A stretch of DNA of 64,000 nucleotides from positions 20,769,569 to 20,833,568 of the forward strand of contig JAUZTB010000066.1 in NCBI GenBank assembly GCA_034780895.1, read 5' to 3'. The notes under the pieces are model-generated. The model was not told the origin of the DNA. It was given only the letters and a program-made list of their open reading frames with translations, and searched no databases. This stretch comes from Rhynchobatus australiae. Taxonomy: Eukaryota. The position numbers and the translations under genes were made by a program. Below, one piece after another: positions 52,460-64,000 of this stretch; the stretch's first letter is position 1, and the number at the start of each line of letters is the position of its first letter.

Positions 52460-52595
52460 GATCCTCCTGTAATGTTCACGGAAGAGTACCAGCGAGCTGT
52501 AATGCAGAAATATTTTAAGATATTTGATGAAAAAAGGAAGGACTACTTAATTGGAGAACTAATTTGGAATTTTGCAGATTTCATGACTGCCCAGT
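52460..52595 (+). CDS. GUSB: GUSB exon 11 ([11 protein letters not shown]...[14 protein letters not shown])
   Basis: AG/GT boundaries, 136 nt, WNFADF motif. Confidence 0.97.
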
Positions 52596-53489
52596 GTAAG
52601 TAATATTTTGATATCTGAGCAGATAAACTAAAATCTCCCAGGTTATATGCTTAAAATATTCTTGACTTTCAGATGTGACCTCAGGATTGTTGCTTGGAGA
52701 ATTTTCTTAAGACCTATGCTGCAAGGAAATAATTCAGCCCATCAAGTCCATGTCTGTCCTGAGAGCAAGCCTATTTCCTCATTAATTTTTCCTGTCACCT
52801 CTCATCTCTACATTCCCATCAACTCTCCTCCAATTTAGAGGACAATTTAGAATAGTATTTGGGGTGCCCATGCAGCCACAGGGAGAATATGTAACCTCCA
52901 CACAGCAGCAGAGGTCATAATTGAACCTGGGTGCTGGTACTGTGGGACACTGTGCCACCCCAGAGATGGGACAAACTGTATGGGCAAGAGGGAGTCTGAA
53001 ATGACTAGCTGGTTTCAAGTTTTCTGAATGCATGATTGTTCATTGGTTTTGTGCTACATTTTTTATTTTGCTCATAGTGTATTGTATCTGAGCAAGGTAA
53101 TGGCTCATGGGACTTGTTTGCCTTTTAAGGATGAGATGGATGTTCATGGGGTGTGGTTTGATTACCTGTTTGTTGGGAAATCTCATTTATGTGGGAATTT
53201 ATGTTGCTTTAAGTTTTTTAAATTGACCTCTTGCTGTACTACAATGTACTAATATAAAATTTTGCCCAGTGTTCATAAGTTTAATTAGGAAATATTGTAC
53301 ATTTATCCAAAATAGAAGAGAATAGTAAGCACTTACCCTGAGCAAAAAAGGAACTAACATCAGCCTCAGCATATTTCAACTCTATGACAACCACAAATGT
53401 TGCAATCTGCTTGGTGCAGTCTATAAACCTCCATTTCCTTGAATGGTGTCACTTTTCAAAAAGATTGATAATCCCTCCAGTATATAGAA

Positions 53490-53717
53490 TGTGACATAAG
53501 GCACACTCAGTGTTGTATCTAATTGTTTTATTAGAATTAATCTTATCGAGAATTAATCCTAGCAACAGTTAAGTACAGTGATTCTAAAGGATTAACTGTA
53601 CAAGCTGCTAAAAGGTGGATGGTGGTAAGAAAATTTGAAGGATAGTGAATAACTGCTTCATTTGCTTGCAGCCATAACACGTGTGGATGGGAACAAGAAA
53701 GGGATTTTCACTCGTCA
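53490..53717 (+). repeat. Upstream duplicate of the GUSB intron-11 3' end and the first 46 nt of exon 12 (partner copy 54295-54525)
   Basis: Direct comparison shows near identity, including the tttgcttgcag acceptor; this copy reads [20 protein letters not shown] (stop 53731-53733). Confidence 0.92.
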
Positions 53718-54479
53718 CATCCTTCATGATTGAATGGATAGCTTCAGTAAGATACAGAAACTTTTGGAGGAACAGGAATTTTAACAGTCTGAATGGATGC
53801 TGCACATTGTTGTTTATTTGTACTATTAGCCTTATCATTTGTTCCCATCACAATCCAAGTTTCGCCTTAGTGACATGAATTGGTAAACATTGATACTCCT
53901 GCAAATAAGCTGCTTATTACAAAACAGGCTTTGTCAAAAATGAATTAGATTTTACAGTCTATGGTTAAGATATGCAGACAGACAAGAATGTCATGGCTTA
54001 CCTATAGTAGCAGTAAAATTTCAATAATCATAATTTATATTGAATGCTCTTAACTGGACCTCTTTATTTTGAATTGCCTACCTGCATAGGACATGCTGCT
54101 CAAGTTGCCATGCTCTAAATATCTCATTGACAATATGACCTAGCTTCAAGGGGCCTAATGTAAACCTTGGCTGTATATATTCTAATTTGAGTTGGCTAAT
54201 TGAGTCCTAATACTCTATTGCAATGTCAGATCACAATCTTAAAATGCGAAATAGAAAAATACTGCTGGTGTAGTAACTGGAAGGAAGGGTTCTTTGTGAC
54301 ATAAGGCACACTGAGTGTGCCTTATCTAATTGTTTTATTAGAATTAATCTTATCAAGAATTAATCCTAGCAACAGTTAAGTACAGTGATTCTAAAGGATT
54401 AACTGTACAAGCTGCTAAAAAGGTGGACGGTGGTAAGAAAATTTGAAGGATAGTGAATAACTGCTTCATTTGCTTGCAG

Positions 54480-54631
54480 CCAGAACACGTGTGGATGGGA
54501 ACAAGAAAGGGATTTTCACTCGTCAGCGGCAACCCAAACTGTCAGCTTTTGTTCTTCGGGATCGCTACTGGAAACTAGCAAATGAGACCAGATACATTTC
54601 CCCAAGGTATTATGCCATTGGTCATCAGTGA
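54480..54631 (+). CDS. GUSB: GUSB exon 12, terminal: [50 protein letters not shown]
   Basis: gcag acceptor; [14 protein letters not shown] motif; TGA at 54629-54631. Confidence 0.94.
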
Positions 54632-57600
54632 ATGCAGAACTTATACAGTGCTGTGGGAAATTAAATCTCAATTTAGGAAGTATGTTCAATTTCCTCAACG
54701 TGCCTTGAAGACAAGTACCTAAAAGTTCTTGGAAGGACACAATATGTGTACTTGTACTGGCTTACTGAAGACATGAGACTGCTGATGCTGGAAGATCTGG
54801 AGTAATGCACAAAGTGCTGGAGGGACTCAGCAAGGAAGTGGACAGTTGATGTTTCAGGTCGAGACCCTTCANNNNNNNNNNNNNNNNNNNNNNNNNNNNN
54901 NNNNNNNNNNNNNNNNNNNNNNNNNNNNNNNNNNNNNNNNNNNNNNNNNNNNNNNNNNNNNNNNNNNNNNNNNNNNNNNNNNNNNNNNNNNNNNNNNNNN
55001 NNNNTAGCAAGTATCAACCCTATTGTTTGGCAGGTTCTGTCGCCAGTTTCAGAACAAAGAACATGACATCTGTCGAGGGAATGAAAAAACCCTTCTATAG
55101 CCGAGCCTCAATTTCAACAACCCTATTCCCCTATAAAATAGGTAAGAGAAAACTTGGTTGTAAGCAGATTTTTACCCAGGCCCTCTTAATTTTGTATTTT
55201 TTGAAATGTGTGGTGCTCTCATTTACAAACATTTTCCCTGTCTTGTGGAAAAAAAACTGGGGATTTTAGTGTAATGGGAATTAACTTGTACAAATGTCTC
55301 ATTTATTTTGTATAAACTATTTTATAGCCTTTTCTTACCAGTACCTGAAACACACATTTGCAGCAAGAGGTAGGAACAGGATGACTTTTTAAATAATATT
55401 ACAATTGATTCTCTGCCCCTCATTTAGATGTGTAATGGGGTTGTTCACTTAAAGCTTTTATTTGACAAAAGATATTCAAGGATATCTTTAAATGTATTTT
55501 TTTCTAATAACATTGTTAACTAAGAGCATAATTTTTCCTAAAGCTTTAGTAATTTGTTTTTCAGGATTAAGTGTTCAGTTATTGATACAAGATACCTGGC
55601 TCAAATAAGTTCATTATCTTTAAATAACACATTTAAAGATTTAAAAATACAAATGTATTTGTCAAAGTGGTTACAACCAATAAAAATTTCAATGACTATG
55701 AAACAATGATTTCATAGATGCTGACAAGTTTAGGTACTTATTTCCACATAAACACAGACAGTGCTTCTGGAAATATGTAGTAAATTACTCTATCCATTCA
55801 TTGTATGTTATGCTTAAATTCATAGTTGGAAGAGGAAGAGCTGACTATAATATTTTAGAAATAATGTGTTTCAACAGAACTTAATCTCTTTTGGCAGGAT
55901 TACTGTAGGCAAGTATTTAAACTGCATTTCTTTACACATCTTGACAAGTAAAACTGACATAGCAATTCACATTCCAACACACCGAAATTAGCTGTAACTA
56001 AGAAACGCCATGAAAAAAACCAATGAATGTTGTAGGATAAGTTATCATCTGAGTTTTCTCAGTTTATGGTTTGTTTTGAAGTCCACCTACATGGTAGAAG
56101 CAATCTTACAAAGTTAACACTCGAATTACAAGACTGTCTCATGTAAATTCTACATTTATTTCATACCAAAAATTTTGTGCAATGAATACACATTCATACA
56201 TATTTACAATTTTTGCTATTTAGCAAAATCATATTCCTGAACCTATGTATAAAAAAATGTTCTCGCCTGTGAAGGGGATCAATGCCCAGAGAGTCCACCT
56301 TTAAAGTTTTAACATGTGTGCTCATGAGCTTGAAGCAGCATTAATAAATAACTCTGATGGAACATATTATACAGATCAAGAACATAGTACTTCTGCCATG
56401 CTAGATACAGTTTACAAAAATAAAGAGCATCTGTCACCCTGTCACTTTCATAATGATAACTTACTGTAATGAAAACCATTTTATTTCACTGGCTTTAATA
56501 GGGGGCCCGTTAGCCTATATTGATACCAGTGATATGTAGTGATAGACCAATACCAATAATGATGAATCTATAGTTTATATTCAATTACAGTACATCATGA
56601 GCAGTAAACATGGGTTTCATGCTAGACAGTGCAATATCATCAAACAATGGTGGTGGAAGAGGGTTAATACAATTAGACTTCTGAGACCTTAAAATTTGTC
56701 CATCCTTCTAGTGCTGGTAAAAAGATACAATACCAAGAAATANNNNNNNNNNNNNNNNNNNNNNNNNNNNNNNNNNNNNNNNNNNNNNNNNNNNNNNNNN
56801 NNNNNNNNNNNNNNNNNNNNNNNNNNNNNNNNNNNNNNNNNNCCTCATACAATCAATTACCAAGACCAGTTTATCCATCTTTACATACAGAAAACAAAAT
56901 GGACTATAGAAGAACTTAAGAAATAGGAGCAGGAGTAGCCCATTTGGCTTTCCGGGTCTGTTTGGCTATTCATCAAGATCAAGGCCAATTTTTCATCTCA
57001 AAGCTATTTTCTTGCATTATCGCCAAACCCCTCAGTTTCCATCACACAGTGAAACCTTAATAATCCTCAGGACTATGGTAATGCTGGACTGGCAGCTATT
57101 TGGGACTAGTACTCCTATTAATCGACTTACACACTTTTCCTTCAACTGTAATATAGATGTCACATAATAGTACAATAGCATTCAGTGGTCATTTGGAGCT
57201 CAAGATAGACTTTGAGTCACTTACTATACCAGCAGCTTCAAGGAGCACAGATACAATAAATGTACTTCCCCCCATATCCAGGATTCAATTTTTTGAGGCA
57301 AGCTTTAACTGTACCCAACTTCCTCTGGATTATCCGCATTCTATAAAGAATGTAGTAATGGCTTTAAACATCACCAACTAAACATTTACAGTGCAAGAAT
57401 TAAAAATAATCAGTTAAGGGCACACAAAAAAAGTTGCAAAAATACTGGTTCCATAAATTACTGATTGCATGTGCAACATCTTGCACATTAACAAGCTTTA
57501 GGTTAAAAGAAAATTACTATGCATTAGCTTTACATGCAGTCCTTGATCGACATGGAACCCATCTTTTTCTGCCAGTAAGCCTGCTGATTTAAAACTGTTG

Positions 57601-59554
57601 TCCCATCCATAAGACAATACACAGCAGGCACTGAAAGTTGACTATGGTTGGATGACTCAGCCATGTAAGATGGATCCTGTGCATATGTGCACAGTATCTG
57701 AGGTATACTAAAATTGATAGATTTTTTATTGAAAGTTGTTTCAAGGCAATAAAATTTACATTAGGAATTATAGGTTTAACTACCTCTGCAATAAACCAAT
57801 ATTTACCAGTTAAGTTGCAATGACATTAAGCATTTTCACAATCCATGAAATTTCAAGTAACTTCATTCTAATGAGATCATAAGCTACTTTAAGAAATTCA
57901 CAACTATTAGGATATCAGTTAGTGCAATAGACCAGAAGGTTTCTTGATGTAAATAATTACAGTGTTTGAAAAAGTTATTAAATTTGCTACAGTCTCTACA
58001 ACTTGTAATTTTGGGGACACCAATATATTTAATTGAAATCTAGTGCAGTGATGAATACAAAATAAATCAGCCCGCTGTTACACACTGAATGCACATTTGC
58101 AACAATATTTGAGGTGCAACACAGCTTCAAAACCAGGCAAAAGCCTCTTCAAGTTTAATTGTCAATGTGCATAAAATGAAATACAAATTGGATATTTCAA
58201 ATTCTGGATGGCAGCTAGATGTATAGAATGAGAGAGAATTCTTTATTTAAGCCTCTGTCATGCATATTTAAATATGGTTTAACTGAATTTAAATACTTTC
58301 TTAATGCCAGTTATCAAACATGTTAATATAAACACCTTATTTCTGTCCAGGAAGTCCAACCAATTTGAAAATTATGTTTAATATAGCAATGCTTCTGAAA
58401 TCAACTAATCTTAAATCACAGGAACACTTGGCACAATGGTGTTACATTAAAGACAAAAGGGGCCTCAACCTAATGAAAACCTCAAAAACTTACCCAGATT
58501 TCTTTTAAAAAGGTTGTGTATAGCACAATTAAGTTCAAACCAAAAAGGGTCCATTAAATAAGGTCACTGAAGACCCAACTTTTAAACGGTTCTGGATGAC
58601 CACACATTTATATAGACATAGTCCTGATGCTGCTTTATTCAGGAATTTTAAAAATACTGAAATTAAAATAAAATTAAATATCTAAAGTGCAATTTGAAGT
58701 TTTCTTGTAAAAAAAGGTAAGCTATTATACTGCACTTTTACTAAACCACATCACAAATATTAACAAATTCTTAGTCCCATTTTGTCATCTGAAAAGGTTA
58801 GAGCTTTCATAACTTAACTACTGGTTACTCAGAAGCATACTTTTAAAACACTAACAAGCTGTTGTCAAGAACTATCCAGCACTGTGAATGGTGCTGGTTT
58901 AAATACCTTTGTGGTACATTGTGTCTACCATTGTTGGCCTTTTAAAAATCAAGTATGTACACAGATAAGGTTTATGCCTACAGGACCCAAGCATTTTTAC
59001 ATGTAAAGCCACCATTCAATACGTGACAAATTTCTGCTATACTGAAAGAAATTGGACTTGCAGCACCCACCCTGTCACTCAACAAAGATGTACATTTTTC
59101 TGATCCACGTATAAAAGCACCAAGACCCAGGACACCTGTTAGCCACTTTCTGTGCAGTATAAAACACTGGAATAGAATTAAAATAAACGGCAAAATCCTC
59201 TGTAACAGAAGGCACTTTCAATCACAATTTAACACAATTTGCATTATTGGGAGGAGGAAAAGGAAGAGAAATGCTTAAAAATACGAATGACACTTAGTGT
59301 ATTTTTTTAAATTCAGATCTCCTAAGGAATGTGCACTACAGTTAAAGCTTGCTCTCAGTTGGCCTGTCTGTTAAATCTTTGCATGAGGGAGAATAAACCA
59401 AAGTCCAGGGCCCCACACAAGTATTCAATTTAAAAAAATTGGTTTTCAATGATTTTGATTTCCTTTATATCATACACCTCTCGCAAAAAAAAATTACTGC
59501 CAAATAGACAATGAAAGCAGGCTCTCCAGGTGTTAGGCTTGTTGATCATATGAA

Positions 59555-59781
59555 TTATTCCTGTTTGGATTGGAGTTGCTGTTTCCAAGCCTCATTCAAG
59601 TAAACGAGTCGTTTATAGTTGATAATAAAGAGAATGAAGTTCAGGATATATGTAGTGATGCAAATTATGCAAAAGTCCTTCAGCACAAAATACAGGATGT
59701 AACTTAGATACAGTGCACCCACCACAGATACTATAGATGTCGTCATTAGTATTAAAGCAGCCATTGCACTCACGGTCATAC
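59555..59781 (-). CDS. VKORC1L1: VKORC1-like 1 terminal exon: [48 protein letters not shown]...[13 protein letters not shown]
   Basis: cctgcag acceptor; 227 nt; redox CxxC (CIIC); [13 protein letters not shown]-terminus characteristic of VKORC1L1; earlier exons lie beyond the window. Confidence 0.96.
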
Positions 59782-60332
59782 CTGCAGGAAAGAAACACAT
59801 GTTACTTCATGAACAAAAGTAGTTCCTTATACAAAACAGCTACCTAGGTTTCCACAAGTAAATGTCACTGCATTTGAAATCGTGAAATATAGACTGGGAC
59901 ACAGACAGGCAGTTCTGTTTAACCAACTGGATATTTATAGCAGATAAAGATGCATAACAATATTTAGTAAAAGCAGCTAATAGTACTATTTCTGTACCAT
60001 GTATGTTGCTTAAACCAGGATATACAAATTTTCTCCTGATACCTTGGCCAAGAACTTCTGAAAATTTGTTCAAGACAATGGACATGTACACCAACTGTAC
60101 AATACAGTTCTTCATTTTATACTATCCAGAAAATTATTCCATCTTTATTTTGCAAAGGCTCTTAGCAACGTGCAAATATGCGGTTAACATGAATTATTCA
60201 GTTTTACTCGAGACATACTTTTGAATGGATTTTTGCAGCATCAGTTACTGAGAACTGCTCATAACCTGAACAGCTTGCAAGTCGGAAATATGGCAACAAA
60301 CAGAGTTTCCACACTACAGAAGATGCCTGCAG

Positions 60333-60624
60333 AGGTGGCTTGAGCCAGAGAAATAGATAGCATTTTAAATCTCATTTTGCCATTCTTAATAAAGTCAATA
60401 TTAACAAATTTAGTCCAAGCCTAATGCAGGATAATAATAATAATATTTTAACACATCTTACTGCAGAAGAGGTTTTAAATGTTTTCGAAGCTTTTAAAAA
60501 GGACACTGCTGCTGGCCCGGACGGTGTGTCTATAGATAGGATTTGCAAAATGGATATCAGTGTGTTAACTAGAATGTATTCTTGGGTTTAATGTGGCAAA
60601 ATTCCAGCTACCATCAAGGACAGT
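60333..60624 (+). mobile_element. Fragment of an R2-like (RLE-type non-LTR) reverse transcriptase N-terminal region
   Basis: Frame starting at 60361 reads ...DNNNNILTHLTAEEVLNVFEAFKKDTAAGPDGVSIDRICKMDISVLTRMYSWV*CGKIPATIKDS. Confidence 0.6.
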
Positions 60625-62319
60625 TGCCTGCAGCCCTGCAGCTGCCAGAAAATCTATCCTAGTCTCCCAAACCCTTGTTTGTACGTATGGGCCGTACACA
60701 AGTTGAGGGTTCGTAAGCTGGGGAGGAGCTGTTTATCATTAGAAAGATCATAGATTCAATTTCCAGTCTTTCAAAAATTCACAACATAAAAGTGAGATGA
60801 ACCCAACTTTTGATTTGTATTTTCTGATTTGAGCTTTGTAATAATAGGGTCAAGTTCCCTAAAAATCCCAAACTTGCAGTTTCACTACAATTTTCTTGAA
60901 CTAACTTTCTCTGCCCTCTAGTTTACAAAAGTTGCAGAAAAGTGGCAGATTGGATCCAGAATTAACTCGTTGTCATAAAGCAAAGGATAATAAGTGATCC
61001 CTATTTTAGTAGCTGGAAAACTGTGTGCAGTGGCATTCTGCAGGGTTCAGTGCTCGTCTTCCCCTCTTTGGTGTATCTGAATGACTGAACATAACATATG
61101 GTNNNNNNNNNNNNNNNNNNNNNNNNNNNNNNNNNNNNNNNNNNNNNNNNNNNNNNNNNNNNNNNNNNNNNNNNNNNNNNNNNNNNNNNNNNNNNNNNNN
61201 NNNNNNNNNNNNNNNNNNNNNNNNNNNNNNNNNNNNNNNNNNNNNNNNNNNNNNNNNNNNNGTGTTTATTTCTTTCTCTTCAGTGCTACCTAGCTTCATC
61301 CCTACCTTTGCTTGTCCAATATCAAAACCCTCTTATATCACAGTCAGACTGTGTCATCACAGTAACAAAAAAGATTCTGGAGGAACTCAGCAGGGCAGGC
61401 AGCAACTGTGGAGGGAAACAAGACAGTCAACGTTTTGGGTCGAGACCCTGCATCTGGACTGCTTCATCTTGTTTGTCGCCTCAGATTCCAGCATCTGAGG
61501 TTTCTTGTGTCTCTTAAGTAATCACAGTGCTGGCCTACCTCTCCCTATCCAACAACTTGAGACAAATTAGTTAGAACTGTGACAAGTGACCTAAATGTTA
61601 ATTCTATCATCTTGCCACTAATGCTGCCTGACCTGGTGAACATTTCCAGCATTTCTGTTTTCAAAAGTTCATTGTTCGGCTATAAAATACTTCGGAATGT
61701 TTTGAGATAGTGAAAAAGTGCTATGTAAATACAGTCACCTTGGGAGCCAATTTTCTGGGATTCTTTCTTGAGACTGCCTTCTCACCACTATTACAAAAAG
61801 ACATATAGTACTAGTTTTGTCACCTATTTTAAAACACCAGAGACATTGCAATCAACCTCAGTATCCAATGGCAGAAAGAGGACAAGGTTCCCACTCCTGA
61901 TTACTGTCTAGAAGTCCAGTGTTAACTTTGCGGAGGGGGTAAACGAGTCTGTGCAGCTGTTCAATGTCATTCACCAACTAGATCACTGGACTCAGAACCA
62001 AGCACGAGCTTGAGTTAAATGGAAGCAAAAAAAATTTAAATGCACATGTCCACAAGAGACTCATTTCTAAATTTCCATTCTTCAATTAGCTTTCCCCTTT
62101 CATCTCAGCCATAATTTTCTTAACATACTTCAGACATTAATACCTAGCAATTTTTACTGAAAGGTTAGTTTTCAGTACATATTTTTCTGGTGACTCATTA
62201 TAATATTTGACTGTGTGCACCCAGTTAATATTAAGATATGAAAGCTTACCATGCTACAGTTGTACGGAAGTTGCAGTGACATCCATCTAAATGCAGTAAC
62301 ATTTAGTGCCAGATTTAAG

Positions 62320-63800
62320 AACATCAAGAACACAGAAACAGAAGTATACTATTTGGCCCCTTGCATCTGCTGTGCTCTTCAATAAGACCATGGCAATCTC
62401 TTATAAGAGGCATGTTCCTGTACTCTTCCCACATCCCTGGATTTTCATAATTTCTAAAAATCTGTCTTAAATATACTGAGCTTCAACAATCTTTGCTGGA
62501 GAATGTCAAAGATACACTACCCTGAGGGTGAAGAGATTTTCTTTCCATCCTAGTACTAAATGGCCAGCCATTTATTTTGAAACTGTGAATCCTGCTTCCA
62601 GTCAGCCTTTCCAGGGGAAACATCATTAATACTCCTACCCTGTCAAGAACGTTAAGAATTTTGTACGTTTTATTGAGATTACCTTTTACTCTGCTAAACT
62701 CAAGACCATAGACCCAGTCTACTTAGTCTCTCCTCTTATGACAAACCCACCATTCCAGGAATCAATCTGATGAACCTCTATTGCATTCCTATCATAAGTC
62801 ACCCGTTTTTAGGTAGGGAAACTTGATCTGTTTATAAATTCCAGGTGCAGTCTCATCAGGGCTCTATAATTTTATTAAGTCATCTTTATTCTTGTACTCA
62901 AATCCTCCTGCAATAAAAGGCCAACATACCATTGAGGGCAGGCACGGTAGTGTAGCTGTTAGCGTAACGCTTTACAGCGCCAGCGACCCAGGTTCAATTC
63001 CAGCCACTGCCTGTAAGGAGTTTGTACGTTCTCCTTGTGTCTGCATGGGTTTCCTCCGGGTGCTCCGGTTTCGTCCCACATTCCAAAGAACTTGTGGGCA
63101 TGCTATGTTGGCGCCGGAAGCTTGGCGACACTTGCGGGCTGCCCCCAGAACACTATGCAAAAAGATGCATTTCACTGTGTTTCGATGTACATGTGACTAA
63201 TAAAGATATCTTATCTCTTATTATATAATTGCTTGCTCTACGTGCATATTAACTTTGGGATTAATACACAGACCCTCAGAAGCTTAAGGCTTTTCAGTCC
63301 TTTGCCACTGAAAAAAATAATCTGTTTCTATATTTTTTAACCAATGGAGTGCCCTTATATTTCCCCTAAAGTTTCCTCATCATCCACTGTTATTCAGCTT
63401 TGTCTCATCAAAAAACTTGCAGATATATTACACTTGATTCCTTAACCGATCATTGACATGAATCATGCATAGCTAGGTCCGCGGCAGCCCACTAGTTTGT
63501 CTCCAAACTGTAAATGACCAATTTATTCATACTCTGTTTTCTCTCCTTAGTCAAGTTGGTGTATCACTGTCGATCCTATATGACCTAAATTTTGTTTCAC
63601 AACCAAATGGCACCTAATTGAAGGCTGCCTGTAAGTCTAAATATTCCACATCCATTGATTACCCCTTTTCTATGCTGCCGATTACAACCACATACATTGA
63701 AATACAATTTCCCTTTTGTAAATCCATGTTATGCCTGCCCAATCTGTTACAATTTCTTTAACACTTCAAGCATTTACCCCTTTACTGGTGTCAGGCTATG
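62320..63800 (-). mobile_element. Degenerate CR1 LINE in the VKORC1L1 intron
   Basis: Reverse-complement CR1 3' end and RT remnants, similar to 23100-25100. Confidence 0.7.
62935..63222 (+). mobile_element. Relatively young V-SINE (HE1-like) nested in CR1
   Basis: tRNA-like A and B boxes (ggtagtgtagctgttag, ggttcaattcc), intact V-domain, retained CpGs, aataaagatatcttatc tail; older copies at about 15540-15700, 45065-45230 and 52715-52960. Confidence 0.8.
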
Positions 63801-64000
63801 GATCACCATTTTAATCTTTTGACAAACTTCATCTTTTTCCTCTGATATACTACTGTTTCTAACTTCTCGTTTGTCATGGTTGAACCACATTTCCTGTTGT
63901 TTTTTTAATGCCTTAAAGGGATATGTCTTTATTGTAAATAATGTATTTATTATGTGTTAGCCATTGCCTGCCTACTGTCATTCCTTTTAATGTAGTTTCC

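Overview
Vertebrate genomic DNA from a gappy assembly. The V-SINE, Deu-SINE, CR1, RTE and Penelope-type repeats point to a cartilaginous fish, probably a ray (inference). The window is the ASL-GUSB-VKORC1L1 syntenic block and holds four genes. (1) Six internal exons of argininosuccinate lyase (ASL, +, 1241-13664); one internal exon and the four 3' exons are not visible, probably hidden in N-gaps. (2) A secreted acrosin/TMPRSS12-like trypsin-family protease (-, 32173-15273); exons 1-4 are found, but the catalytic-Ser exon is not visible. (3) A complete 12-exon beta-glucuronidase (GUSB, +, 34863-54631) with a CpG-island promoter containing a perfect CLEAR palindrome. (4) The last exon of VKORC1L1 (-, 59781-59555). 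The most notable observations are a 228-bp duplicate of the GUSB terminal acceptor and exon start, many Penelope-type termini with degenerate minimal hammerhead-ribozyme cores, an R2-like RT fragment outside rDNA, and a GC splice donor in ASL. All homologies are recognised from memory of the families; no searches were run.
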